Part shown: one piece after another, positions 17,666 to 27,205 of the stretch
How positions within the stretch are numbered: the first letter of the stretch is position 1
How the letters are laid out: the number at the start of each line of letters is the position of its first letter
Assembly: GCA_036229005.1 (NCBI GenBank)
Contig: JAZAMN010000049.1
Span: 86,447 to 150,446 of the forward strand
Origin: Myxococcota bacterium
Lineage (GTDB): Bacteria; Myxococcota_A; UBA796; CAJQPC01
Direction: 5' to 3'
DNA: 64,000 nucleotides
Program-made: the position numbers and the translations under genes
Notes under the pieces: model-generated
The model's input: the letters and a program-made list of their open reading frames with translations, nothing else
Databases searched by the model: none
Told to the model about the DNA's origin: nothing

Positions 17666-18898
17666 TTGCGGGTCCTGCACCTGGCGCACGCCTCCCCGCT
17701 GCTGGGGGATCGCGGGGGGACGGAGCTCTACGCTGACGCCTTGGTGCGGGCTCAAGGGAGCACACTGCTGGTGCCGGATCTGCGCCCCGATGCTCCCCAG
17801 GGCCTGCGCCAGCTCGATGACCACGTCTGGGCCGTCGGGATGGCCCCGCCCACCGACTTCCGACACACCTGGGCCCGCCCGGAGCTCGCCGCCGCCCTGC
17901 GCCAGCTCTCCGCCGACCTGCTCCACGTCCACCACCTGGCCCACGGGGATCTGCAGCTCCCCGCCACCTGCGGCGTGCCCAGCGTGATCACGCTCCACGA
18001 CTACCACCTGGTCTGCGCCCGGGGTCAGCTCGTCGACGCCCAGCTCCAGCCCTGCCCCGGCCCCGAGCTCGAGCGCTGCGCCCGCTGCATGGGCCCCCAC
18101 CTGCGCCTGCGCCCCGGCCTGAGCGCCCTGAGCGCCCTGAGTCGTCGCCTGGGTCTGCACGAGCGCGCCCGCTCCCAGGCCGCCCGCCTGCCCGTGGATG
18201 CCGCCATGAAAGAGCGGATGAAAGCCCGGCTGCAGGCAGGGAGGGCGGCTCTGGAGTCCGCGCGCATCCGGCTCTCACCCAGCCGGGATCTCGCCCGCCG
18301 CGTCACCTCGCTCACCGGTCTGCCCGTCGAGGTCATCGGGTTGCCGCTCGTGGCCCCCGTACACCCTGCCCCCGACCCGGGCCAGGGCCCCCTGCGCGTG
18401 CTCTACCTGGGCGCCCTGCTGCCCACCAAGGGTGTGCACCTGCTCCGGCAGGCCATGGAGGGCCTGGACGCCACCCTGGAGGTCTGGGGGCCCGCGCCCG
18501 TACACGACGCCGACCCAGAATATGGGCAGCGGGAGATCCAGGCGCTGGGGCCGGCCTACCGAGGAGTCTTCGACGCGGCGCGCCGCCAGGAGATCCTGGA
18601 CCGCCACGACCTGCTGGTGGTCCCCTCGACCTGGGAGGAGAACAGCCCCCTGGTGGTGCGTGAGGCCCTGGCCGCCGGGCTGCGGGTGCTGGCCTCCGAC
18701 CGGGGCGGGATCCACGAGATCGACCCCCGGATCCAAGGCTTCCCTGCCGGCGAGCTGCCCGCCCTCCGCGAGGCTCTGCGCCGCGAAGTGCGCACCGGAC
18801 GGGGCCGCTGGACCCCGCGGGACTTCGGCATGGACGCGCACCTGGAGGCCCTGCAGGCCCACTACCAGCGAGCGCTCAGCGGCCCTGCGGTAGAGTAG
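17666..18898 (+). CDS. Glycosyltransferase family 4 with Cys-rich insert (paralog of 15914-17203)
   Basis: MRVLHLAH, GGTELY, TLHDYHLVC, YLGALLPTKG, WEENSPLVVREALAAG. Confidence 0.9.
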   Translation: MRVLHLAHASPLLGDRGGTELYADALVRAQGSTLLVPDLRPDAPQGLRQLDDHVWAVGMAPPTDFRHTWARPELAAALRQLSADLLHVHHLAHGDLQLPATCGVPSVITLHDYHLVCARGQLVDAQLQPCPGPELERCARCMGPHLRLRPGLSALSALSRRLGLHERARSQAARLPVDAAMKERMKARLQAGRAALESARIRLSPSRDLARRVTSLTGLPVEVIGLPLVAPVHPAPDPGQGPLRVLYLGALLPTKGVHLLRQAMEGLDATLEVWGPAPVHDADPEYGQREIQALGPAYRGVFDAARRQEILDRHDLLVVPSTWEENSPLVVREALAAGLRVLASDRGGIHEIDPRIQGFPAGELPALREALRREVRTGRGRWTPRDFGMDAHLEALQAHYQRALSGPAVE

Positions 18899-18907
18899 GA
18901 CAACGAG

Positions 18908-20248
18908 GTGAGGATGGCCGAGACCCTTCAGATCCCCTCCGGGGCCCAGCTCTCCGTCGAGGACGGCAAGGTCGCCCTGGTGGCGGAAGGAGACATCGTG
19001 CTCGAGGGGCCGATCCGCGGCTCCCTGGCGCGCCTGGAGAGCAAGGGAGGCAGCGTGCTGCTGCGCGGCCCCCTGCAGATCGATCACGTGACCGGCGACT
19101 CGGTGCGCATCGAGGGCCACCTGGTCTGCAAGAGCGTCACCGCGCGCGGGGGCTCCCTGCAGATGCGCGGGCGCCTGGACGCAGAAGAGGCGGAGGCCAT
19201 CCAGGGCGACGTGGTCGTGCGCGGCCCCACCCAGGTCGGCACCCTCCGAGCCGGCGCCACCTTGCGCGTGGACGGCCCCCGGGTCGAGGCCCAGCTCATG
19301 ACCGCCCCCCTGATCCGCTTCCGCGGCGGCACGGTCAAGGCCCGCGGCGTGGAAGCCCGCGAGCGCGTCTCCCTGGGCCCCTGCGCGTTCACCATCGAGG
19401 TCTGCATCGCCCCCCACGCCGACGTCGACCCCAAGGCGGCCGGGCGGGTCAACGTGCTGGAGTCCTTCAACGAGCTGGCCAGCAACGCCCTCAAGGGCCG
19501 CTTCCGGCTGCAGGAGTACGCCGAGTTCACCGGCATCGACCCCGAGAGCTTCCTGCGCGAGCGCCACGTGCGCCCCCTGGCCGAGCTGGGTGGCGCCAAG
19601 GCCGTGGCCGCCGACGGGGACAACGCGGGTCTGGACGAGGCCGCCCTGCGCGAGGCCGACGAGCCCACCCACAAGGAGAGCGCCCCCACCCTGGTCGACC
19701 AGAACAGCGCGCGCGGCCTGCTGGCCCCGGCCGACGAGGAGATCGAGGAGTTCGATCCCCTCCCCCAGATCGCCCAGGCCCAGCCCGTCGAGCAGCCCGA
19801 GGTCCTGGAGCTGAGCGACGAGAGCTCCCTGGACGAGCCCACCGCGCCCGACCACGTCGTCTCCTTCCACCGCCAGCCGGACGCCCCGGAGCCCGCGCGC
19901 GAGGAGATCGAGCCCTTCGACGACTTCGACGCGGGCGACACCCTGGACGGCGAGAGCAACGCGACCCTGGCCCCGCCGGACGCCCCCACCCTGAACCTGG
20001 ACGGCAGCCAGCAGGCCATGCTGGACACCACCGTGGCGCGGCTGGTCAAGCGCTACCAGGGCGGCGAGCCCCCCGCGATCACCCGCCTGCGCGCCCTGGT
20101 CAACAACCAGGAGTACGGCGTGGTCCGCGAGGAGCTCAAGGACCTGTTCAACTCGGTGGTGCGCGGCCACATCGCTTCGGGCACGCGCCCCCACCCCGAG
20201 GTGCTGTCCAGCTTCAACGCCATCCACGAAATGATGAAGCACGCGTGA
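18908..20248 (+). CDS. Hypothetical protein: N-terminal bactofilin/beta-helix-like repeats, acidic linker, small helical C-terminal domain
   Basis: Repeating short V/I/L-x-V/I-x-G strands (GDIVLEG, GSVLLRG, SVRIEG, GSLQMRG, GDVVVRG), then an E/D/P-rich region. Start is 18908 or ATG 18914. Confidence 0.55.
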   Translation: MRMAETLQIPSGAQLSVEDGKVALVAEGDIVLEGPIRGSLARLESKGGSVLLRGPLQIDHVTGDSVRIEGHLVCKSVTARGGSLQMRGRLDAEEAEAIQGDVVVRGPTQVGTLRAGATLRVDGPRVEAQLMTAPLIRFRGGTVKARGVEARERVSLGPCAFTIEVCIAPHADVDPKAAGRVNVLESFNELASNALKGRFRLQEYAEFTGIDPESFLRERHVRPLAELGGAKAVAADGDNAGLDEAALREADEPTHKESAPTLVDQNSARGLLAPADEEIEEFDPLPQIAQAQPVEQPEVLELSDESSLDEPTAPDHVVSFHRQPDAPEPAREEIEPFDDFDAGDTLDGESNATLAPPDAPTLNLDGSQQAMLDTTVARLVKRYQGGEPPAITRLRALVNNQEYGVVREELKDLFNSVVRGHIASGTRPHPEVLSSFNAIHEMMKHA

Positions 20249-21477
20249 GCTGGCTGCTGCTGGCGTGGCTCTCCGCGGCCTCCCTGCAGGACCCGGATCC
20301 CCGCGCCCGTGTCCTGGCCTACCGCGAGCTCGCCGAGGCCCAGGACAGCGCCGCTGCCGTCGAGCAGATCGCCGCAGCGCTCTCCACCGAGTCCGACCCC
20401 CAGGTCCGGGCAGCCGGTCAGGACGCCCTCTCCCGCCTGGACCTCAACGTCGACCAGCTCGCCGCTCTGCTGGGGGAGAGCGAGGAACCCATCGCCCGCG
20501 CTTGGGCAGCCCACTCTCTGGGGCGCCATGGCCCCCTCGGCGTGGATGCACTGCTGGCCGCAGTCGAGGACACCAGCCCGCAGGTCCGCGGCGAAGTCTA
20601 CGACGCGCTGGCCCGCAGCGGGGACCCCAGGGCCCTCCAGGCGCTGCGCCGCGCGGCGGTGAAGGACCCCTCGGCCCTGCTGCGCGAGCGCGCCAGCCAG
20701 GCCGCCCTCCAGGTGGTCGGACGCCAGGAGGTGCAGATCAACGCCGAGCTCGCGCGCCTGGGGCACCCGGATCCCGGAGAGCGCGTGCTGGCCTGCAAGC
20801 GCCTGGGACAGGCTGGTGACTGGCGGGCCCTCCAGCCTCTGCTGGACGCCGCCAAGGCCGGGGACCCCATGGTCCGCGAGGCCGCCATCCTGGCGCTTGG
20901 CCAGCTCGGCGACCACCGGGCCGTCCCGGAGCTGGAGGTGCTGGCCACCCAGACCAGCGGCAAGCTGCGCTACTCCGCGATCGCCGCCCTGGCCCACCTG
21001 GCGGACGAATCCGCCGTGCCCACCCTGACCTCGCTGATGCAGGATCCCGACCCGGCGACACGACAGCTCGCGGTCCGGGCGGTGAGCTGGACCGATCCCG
21101 CGGGGTCAGCAGCCCTCTTCCTCCCCCTGCTGGCGGATCCCGAAGAGGCCGTGCGCCTGGAGGTCATCGGCGCCCTGGGGCAGAGCAGCGATCCCGAGCG
21201 GGCGGCGGCGCTGATCACGGCGCTGGCGGACCCAAGCCCCTTCGCGCGGGCGGAGGCAGCCCGGCTTCTGGCCCGAGCCGATCACCCCCGCAGCATCGAG
21301 GCGCTCACGCCCCTGCTCAAGGATCGGGATCCCTTGGTGCGCCTCTCGGCGGCAGCGTCTCTGCAGACTCTGGGGGCGACCCAGGCTGCGCCGGCGATCC
21401 GGAAGGCGGCGGAGAAGGCCCCGACCGCCGAAGAGAAGGCCACCCTGGAGGCGGCTGCGGCTGCGCTGGGGGGCTGA
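20245..21477 (+). CDS. HEAT/PBS-lyase repeat protein, possibly exported
   Basis: Repeated DP..VR..A..ALG units; short hydrophobic N-terminus; GTGA overlap with the upstream gene. Confidence 0.85.
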   Translation: MSWLLLAWLSAASLQDPDPRARVLAYRELAEAQDSAAAVEQIAAALSTESDPQVRAAGQDALSRLDLNVDQLAALLGESEEPIARAWAAHSLGRHGPLGVDALLAAVEDTSPQVRGEVYDALARSGDPRALQALRRAAVKDPSALLRERASQAALQVVGRQEVQINAELARLGHPDPGERVLACKRLGQAGDWRALQPLLDAAKAGDPMVREAAILALGQLGDHRAVPELEVLATQTSGKLRYSAIAALAHLADESAVPTLTSLMQDPDPATRQLAVRAVSWTDPAGSAALFLPLLADPEEAVRLEVIGALGQSSDPERAAALITALADPSPFARAEAARLLARADHPRSIEALTPLLKDRDPLVRLSAAASLQTLGATQAAPAIRKAAEKAPTAEEKATLEAAAAALGG

Positions 21478-21483
21478 TTCGGC

Positions 21484-21867
21484 TCAGGCGGCCTCGCTGC
21501 TCTCCACGGGCAGATCCCCGGACTCCCAGGCGGCGAGCAGACGGTGCACCGCGCGTAGATCCGTGGGGGAGAGGCTGTCGAACTGCACGCCCATGCCCGG
21601 GATCAGGGGACCGGACTCTTCGGGCGGCACGCACCAGCGGACCACGCCGACCGTGTCGATGGGCCGATTGCGGGTGGGGATGGACAGGCGCAGCTTGAAG
21701 GTGGTGCCGATGGGGAGGGGCTCATCGGTCTGGATGAAGATGCCTCCCAGCGACACGTTCGCCGTGTAGTCGATCAGGAAGTCTTCGACCGCTTCGTACT
21801 CCACCATGACCCGGATGGGCATGCGGGCGGCGATGCGGCGCTCTGAGAGCTTGAGGGCTGCGCTCAT
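21484..21867 (-). CDS. PilZ-domain protein (myxobacterial TIGR02266-like)
   Basis: RRIAARMP (RxxxR), YTANVSLGGIFIQT (NxSxGG), GVVRW, GMGVQF. Confidence 0.88.
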   Translation of the reverse strand: MSAALKLSERRIAARMPIRVMVEYEAVEDFLIDYTANVSLGGIFIQTDEPLPIGTTFKLRLSIPTRNRPIDTVGVVRWCVPPEESGPLIPGMGVQFDSLSPTDLRAVHRLLAAWESGDLPVESSEAA

Positions 21868-22028
21868 TGGGGAGCCTCCGTTGGATACCTCCTCGGCTCA
21901 AGAGGCCGCCTCGTTGAGGGGTGGACAAAAGGCCGTAAGGGGCTGGACCGGGCCTTGCAGACAGAGAGGGGGTCCCCTACACTGCGCCGGTATCCTTGGC
22001 AGACGTGCCCCCGATCGAGGCCCCTCCT

Positions 22029-23342
22029 ATGCGCCCAAATCGCTGCGTCAGCGCAGCCCTCCCCCTGCTCGCTGGCAGCCTGCTCCTCACGAGCTGCAAC
22101 AGCTACGAGATGTTCCGCCTGGCGGGCTACGAGCAGGCCAGCTTCTCCAACGACGCCGACATCGTCTTCATCATCGACAACTCGCCGTCCATGGAGGAGG
22201 AGGCCACCGCCCTGGCCCAGAACTTCCAGGTGTTCATCGACACCCTGACGACGGAAGGGGCGCTGCCTGAGGGCAGCTCCAGCGATGCGGTGGACGCCTA
22301 CATCCAGTACACCTCCGCGCGCGGGGCCTACCTGGACTACGGGCTGTCGGTGACCACCACCTCGGTCGAGGACCCCGGCGGCACGCCGCCGGGTGTGGCC
22401 GGCGCATTGGTTGGGGATCCCTCCGTCGTCGAGGACACCGACGAGGACGTCGCGGGCGCCTTCCAGCGCAACCTGCTCTGCGAGGCCACCTGCTGGAACG
22501 AGGCCACGCTGCCCAACGACTTCGAGCTGACCTGCCCGGAGGACGGCTCGGCGCCGGAGACCCCGGAGTTCATCTCCAAGGAGTACCTGGACTGCCTCTG
22601 CGGCGGCATCGACGCCTGGACCGACCACTGCGGCTCCGGCAACGAGGAGCCCCTGGAGGCCGCCTTCGAGGCGACCTGCCGCGCGGTGGACCCCGAGACC
22701 GCTCCCGACGAGTGCGTGGGCGGTGAGTCCGCCCTGGAGAGCGCGGACATCAACACGTCCAACTTCCTGCGCCCCGACTCCACCGTGATCTTCGTGGTGG
22801 TCACCGACGAGGGCGACTTCTCCCGGCGCCTCAGCATCGGCGACGAGGACCCCAGCACCTACCTGGGTCTGATGGATCGCTTCGGCGCCCGCTACCGCTT
22901 CGCCATCATCGGCCCCAACCCGGACACCTGCCAGGGTGGCGCCTCCCAGGGCGTCGAGCGCCTGCAGGCCATGGCCGAGGAGACCGAGGGCTTCTACCGC
23001 GTCATCGCGGAGCCCGGCGCCGGCGGCGACTGTGAGGTCGCGGACTTCGCCACCTACCTGGAGGACCTGGGCGCGCTGCTGAACCAGCTCCTGCTCTCCT
23101 TCCCCCTGCAGTCCGTCCCCGACGTGGCCACCCTGCTGGTCTACGTGGACGGCGAGCAGATCCGCATCGCCACGGACGCCGACTACGCCGACGGCGAAGA
23201 CGAGCCCTCCTGCGACTGCTGGGAGTACGACGCCTCCGAGAACGCCATCCGCTTCTACGGCAGCGCCGTCCCTGACTACGGCGACGACGTCGACATCTTC
23301 TACAAGCCCCTCGAGGGCCAGCCCCGCACCCTGCCCTTCTGA
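22029..23342 (+). CDS. Cys-rich VWA lipoprotein, CglB-like gliding adhesin
   Basis: Lipobox LLTSC; ADIVFIIDNSPSM (MIDAS DxSxS); GSGNEEPLEAA; FLRPDSTVIFVVVTDEGD; 12 further Cys; directly upstream of beta-barrel and gltC-like genes. Confidence 0.7.
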   Translation: MRPNRCVSAALPLLAGSLLLTSCNSYEMFRLAGYEQASFSNDADIVFIIDNSPSMEEEATALAQNFQVFIDTLTTEGALPEGSSSDAVDAYIQYTSARGAYLDYGLSVTTTSVEDPGGTPPGVAGALVGDPSVVEDTDEDVAGAFQRNLLCEATCWNEATLPNDFELTCPEDGSAPETPEFISKEYLDCLCGGIDAWTDHCGSGNEEPLEAAFEATCRAVDPETAPDECVGGESALESADINTSNFLRPDSTVIFVVVTDEGDFSRRLSIGDEDPSTYLGLMDRFGARYRFAIIGPNPDTCQGGASQGVERLQAMAEETEGFYRVIAEPGAGGDCEVADFATYLEDLGALLNQLLLSFPLQSVPDVATLLVYVDGEQIRIATDADYADGEDEPSCDCWEYDASENAIRFYGSAVPDYGDDVDIFYKPLEGQPRTLPF

Positions 23343-23350
23343 GACGCAAA

Positions 23351-24010
23351 ATGAACCTGCTGCTCGCTGCTGCGCTTTCGGCTTCCCCTGCCCTGGCCCA
23401 AGACACCGTGGACCTCGGGACCCTCAAGAACGAGGAGATCTCCGTCGTCCAGAAGATCCTCTACCCCAAGACCGACCGCTCGGAGATGAGCGTGTCCTTG
23501 GGCGTGATCGCCTTCGACCCCTTCCTCTACGCCCCCAAGCTCCAGGGCACCTACGGCAAGCACATGTCGGAGACCATGAGCTGGGAGGCCCAGCTTGGTG
23601 TGGGCTACGGCCTGCCCAACGCCGCCTACCGCGAGGTCACCAGCGTGGCCTACGGCCTGAGCCCCGAGACCTACAGGTACCTGGGCAGCCTGACCGCGGG
23701 CATCACCTGGTCGCCCATCTACGCCAAGATGAACTGGCAGGGTGAGCGCATCTACCACCACGACGTCTACATCCCCATCGTGGGCGGCGTGACGGTGGAG
23801 CAGCTCACCTGGGGTGAGAAGTACCTGGCCGTGGCCCCCACCGTGGGCATCGGCATCGGCATGCGCGTCTTCCGCGGGGACGACACCGCCATCCGCATCG
23901 AGATCCGCGACGACATCATGGCCCAGAGCCGGCAGCAGTCGGGCACCTGGGCCCTCAAGCAGAACGTGGGTATCCACGTGGGCTTCTCCCGCCTCGGGGA
24001 GGCCCAGTGA
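23351..24010 (+). CDS. Outer-membrane beta-barrel protein (GltA/GltB-like)
   Basis: Signal peptide; ISVVQKILYPK..E....G....DPF, WSPIYAK and IRIEIRD patterns recalled from myxobacterial Glt barrels; amphipathic beta-strands. Confidence 0.7.
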   Translation: MNLLLAAALSASPALAQDTVDLGTLKNEEISVVQKILYPKTDRSEMSVSLGVIAFDPFLYAPKLQGTYGKHMSETMSWEAQLGVGYGLPNAAYREVTSVAYGLSPETYRYLGSLTAGITWSPIYAKMNWQGERIYHHDVYIPIVGGVTVEQLTWGEKYLAVAPTVGIGIGMRVFRGDDTAIRIEIRDDIMAQSRQQSGTWALKQNVGIHVGFSRLGEAQ

Positions 24011-25554
24011 CCAGTCGGCGCACCATCGGCCTGGGCCTGGTGCTCCTGGCCCTGCCCTCGCTGGCCCTCGCGCAGGGACGCTCCTCCCGCCGGGGTCAGG
24101 ACAAGGCAGAGACGGAAGAGGCCGCCCTCTGTGAGAACAGCGAGGAGGTCTTCGCTCCCTTCGTGACCGAGGTCGCCGCTGGCAACGTGGGCCCCGCCAT
24201 GGACACCCTGGCGGTGGTCCTCAACAACGGCGAGCTCGCTGGCTGTCACGGCCAGGCCTGGATCCGCCTGGGTGGCCTGCTGGAGAAGGAGGGCTTCGGC
24301 TACGCCGGCGCTCTGGCCTGGTCCGAGGGCATGAAGCTCGACCCCGAGGCCAGCTCCAAGCAGGTCGTCACCCGCTTCCTGGAGCTCGGCACCGAGGTCG
24401 GGGACCAGGCGCTGCTTGAGGAGACCTTCGCCGGGAACGTCGGCTTCGACGCCGACAAGGAGACCCGCTCCCACATCGCCTACCTGGGCGCGCGCGGGGC
24501 CTACGTGCAGGGCAACTACTCCACCGCCCTGGGCATCCTGGCGCTGGTGGACATGAAGGGCCCCGACGCCGAGAAGGCCCTGGCCCTCAAGGGCGTCGTG
24601 CTCGCCCAGCAGAACCGCTACAACGACGCCCTGGTCGCCCTGCTCACCGCGCAGGCGCAGATCAAGGACCCCGAGCTGCTCGACACGGTGAACCTGAACA
24701 TCGGGCGCACCTACTACGCCTCGGGCAACTACCCCCGGGCCATCGAGTACTACGCCAAGGTCCGGCGGGAGAGCCACTTCTGGCCCGAGGCCCAGTTCGA
24801 GCGCGGGTGGGCCCACTTCCGCATCCAGGACGTCAACGGCGCCCTGGGCATCCTGCACACGCACACCACCGAGTTCTACGGGGAGTGGTACTTCCCGGAA
24901 GCGGAGCTGCTGCGCACCTACAGCCTCTTCCTGATCTGCAAGTTCCCGGAGGCCAGCTCCGAGATCGACAAGTTCCAGGCCCGGTGGACCCCCTTCCGGG
25001 ACGACCTGGAGCCCCAGATCGCGGGGATGAGCGCGCAGGACGTGTGGGCCGACGGCCGCAGCTTCGTGGAGAGCGGCGAGTCCGAGCTGCCCGCCATGGT
25101 CATCCGCGACCTGCCCTTCGACAAGACCTTCACCGAGGCCATGTCCAGCGTGGACGCCGCCGACAAGGAGCTCTCCCTGCTGGAGGGCCGCTCCGGTGAG
25201 TGGGTCAGCTTCGCGCAGGGCATGCTCAAGGAGCGCCGCGACAGCCTGATCCAGTCCAACGGCCAGCGGGTCAAGGACAGCGTGGAGGCCGACGTGCGCG
25301 AGCTCTCGTCCATGCTGACCGACACCGAGATCGCCAAGCTGGACATGCTGCGCCTGGAGACCAAGCTCTACGAGCAGGCCGCTGAGATCGGGCAGATCCC
25401 CGACGCCCAGCGCAAGGCCGAGCGCAAGGAGCGCGTGCGTCGCGGCTACCAGTCCTGGCCCTACGAGGGCGAGATCTGGGCCGACGAGCTGGGCTACTAC
25501 CGGGTCAACGCCAAGATGGAGTGCCCCCCGGGCCTGATGCAGTCGGGCAAGTAG
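24007..25554 (+). CDS. gltC: Periplasmic TPR protein, GltC-like
   Basis: Signal peptide, TPRs, EAQFERGWAHF, ALGILHT..F...YFPEA.LL and C-terminal WPYEGEIWADELGYYR....C, as recalled for GltC-type proteins. Confidence 0.7.
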   Translation: MTSRRTIGLGLVLLALPSLALAQGRSSRRGQDKAETEEAALCENSEEVFAPFVTEVAAGNVGPAMDTLAVVLNNGELAGCHGQAWIRLGGLLEKEGFGYAGALAWSEGMKLDPEASSKQVVTRFLELGTEVGDQALLEETFAGNVGFDADKETRSHIAYLGARGAYVQGNYSTALGILALVDMKGPDAEKALALKGVVLAQQNRYNDALVALLTAQAQIKDPELLDTVNLNIGRTYYASGNYPRAIEYYAKVRRESHFWPEAQFERGWAHFRIQDVNGALGILHTHTTEFYGEWYFPEAELLRTYSLFLICKFPEASSEIDKFQARWTPFRDDLEPQIAGMSAQDVWADGRSFVESGESELPAMVIRDLPFDKTFTEAMSSVDAADKELSLLEGRSGEWVSFAQGMLKERRDSLIQSNGQRVKDSVEADVRELSSMLTDTEIAKLDMLRLETKLYEQAAEIGQIPDAQRKAERKERVRRGYQSWPYEGEIWADELGYYRVNAKMECPPGLMQSGK

Positions 25555-25571
25555 CCGACAGCGCTTCTCTC

Positions 25572-25603
25572 AAAGGAGCCGGCCCCTCGGGGCTGGCTTC
25601 TTT
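25572..25603. terminator. Bidirectional intrinsic terminator between convergent genes
   Basis: AAAGGAGCCGGCCCC-TC-GGGGCTGGCTTCTTT hairpin flanked by A and T runs. Confidence 0.7.
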
Positions 25604-25613
25604 CGCTCTGGGC

Positions 25614-25940
25614 TCACTCGCAGAGCAGCCACTGCTCCAGCCTCAGCCTGTCCTCGCTGGTGACTCCCCCCATTGGGGGCATGTCGGGGGCGTCCCCGGT
25701 GGAGCGGGTGAGGATGCGATCGGCGTGCTGCCACACAGCCTCCTCGTCATCAAAGTGAACCGCCTCTGGGGCCCCGTTGCGCTCGAGGCTCTCCGAGGCG
25801 TGGCACGACTGGCAGTGCTGGAGCATGAAGCCCTGGCCAAAGTTGTCGTAGGTGGTGAGCGGCGCGTCCTGGCAGAGCTCGGAGGCGCTGTCCTGGGGGG
25901 CGTCCTTTGCGCAGCCAAAGAGCAGGATCAAGGCGATCAC
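25614..25940 (-). CDS. Small monoheme c-type cytochrome lipoprotein
   Basis: MIALILLFGC lipobox; CQSCH; MPP distal-Met motif; LEQWL. Confidence 0.82.
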   Translation of the reverse strand: MIALILLFGCAKDAPQDSASELCQDAPLTTYDNFGQGFMLQHCQSCHASESLERNGAPEAVHFDDEEAVWQHADRILTRSTGDAPDMPPMGGVTSEDRLRLEQWLLCE

Positions 25941-27196
25941 TTGAGCATCCCCAGGATGGGACTCACGCCCTGCACGTAGGGGCCCGGATCGACGCCGGCG
26001 AGGGCCATCAGGGTGGCACCCAGGGCCTCCGCGGAGAAGATCTGCTCGCCCCCGATGTCCCCGCTGACCGGGTCGATGTTGCGCCCGTAGACGTTGTCGT
26101 CCAGCCCGCCGTAGACGCGGCCCCCGTTGAGCCCGGGGCCCACCAGCATGGCCGAGGTGTAGGGCCAGTGGTCCTTGCCCAGAAAGCCGTTGAGCTGCGG
26201 GGTGCGCGCCATCTCGGAGAGCACGACCACGACGGTCTCCTCGGCCAGGGTGGGCGCCAGGGTGCCGGGGGTGGTCTGCAGCACGCTCATGAGCTGGTTC
26301 AGCCCGTCGAAGAGGCTCTCCCAGAGCGGCGACTGCAGCGCGTCGTTGTCCGCGTGGGTGTCCCAGTTCGCGGCCTGGCGCAGGGTCACGCAGCGGGAGA
26401 CGCCCAGGGTGAGGAGATCCGCGGCGACCTGTGCCTGGGAGCCCAGGGTGCTGCCGGCGGAGAAGTCCATCACGTAGCGCAGGTCCTTGAGGCTGCGGGC
26501 CTGCTCCATCGCGTGGTGCAGGTCGCTGGTCAGGGAGGCCTCCAGGGCGGACTGGGTCCCCTCGGCGCGCGCGCCCGCCCGGCGCAGCATGTAGCTGTCC
26601 AGGATGCCCTCGGCGGGGTGTGAGGGGCCGCCGGCGGCCATCGTCGACAGGTCCAGGGCCGAGCCGTCGATCAGCGCGTCGAGCTGCCCTCCCCCGCCCG
26701 CGCGGGCCACGGCCACGCCCAGGTCTCCGGGGAAGGAGGGGCCATCCAGCACCACGTGGGGGATGGTGAAGTCCGCGCGCTGTGCGTTGGCCAGGATGGC
26801 CGGCCAGTCCGGACGCAGACCCGAGGAGTCGCCGGTCATGGCCAGTACGGTGCAGATCTCGTGGGCGATGGAGCGCACCAGCATCCCGTTGACCACCAGG
26901 CTCTGCGCGCCCCAGGCCTCGAAGAAGGCGTCCACGCTGGGCCGGGAGGCGTGGGCCACGTAGTCGATGCCCCCCGCGCTGCCCCGCTCGGCGTCGGACT
27001 CCATGTCGATGGCCGCGTGGTCGAAGCCGTCCACGAACACCCGCGTGGGGTCCCAGCCGCCGGAGTTGAACACAAAGATGAACTTGAGCTGGGAGTCCGT
27101 CAGGGGGTTGGCCCGCGCCACCCCAAAGGGGCTCGGGGCGCCCATCGCCAGCAGGCCTGCGCCCAGGCCGCCCAGCATCGTGCGTCGCTTGATCAT
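25937..27196 (-). CDS. DUF1501-family Tat-exported protein
   Basis: Twin-arginine KRRTML signal; FVFNSGGWDP, WDTHADN, VVVLSEMARTP and GKDHW motifs. Confidence 0.85.
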   Translation of the reverse strand: MIKRRTMLGGLGAGLLAMGAPSPFGVARANPLTDSQLKFIFVFNSGGWDPTRVFVDGFDHAAIDMESDAERGSAGGIDYVAHASRPSVDAFFEAWGAQSLVVNGMLVRSIAHEICTVLAMTGDSSGLRPDWPAILANAQRADFTIPHVVLDGPSFPGDLGVAVARAGGGGQLDALIDGSALDLSTMAAGGPSHPAEGILDSYMLRRAGARAEGTQSALEASLTSDLHHAMEQARSLKDLRYVMDFSAGSTLGSQAQVAADLLTLGVSRCVTLRQAANWDTHADNDALQSPLWESLFDGLNQLMSVLQTTPGTLAPTLAEETVVVVLSEMARTPQLNGFLGKDHWPYTSAMLVGPGLNGGRVYGGLDDNVYGRNIDPVSGDIGGEQIFSAEALGATLMALAGVDPGPYVQGVSPILGMLK

Positions 27197-27205
27197 GGGT
27201 GCCTC

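Noticed and set aside
14743..17736. 997-aa plus-strand ORF, and similar long ORFs at 4745-7519, 29242-31395, 39070-42066, 51776-53947 and 60917-63943
   Set aside because: Shadow or alternative-frame ORFs typical of high-GC DNA. They have Arg/Pro/Gly/Ala-rich or antisense-type composition with no motifs, and overlap well-supported genes.
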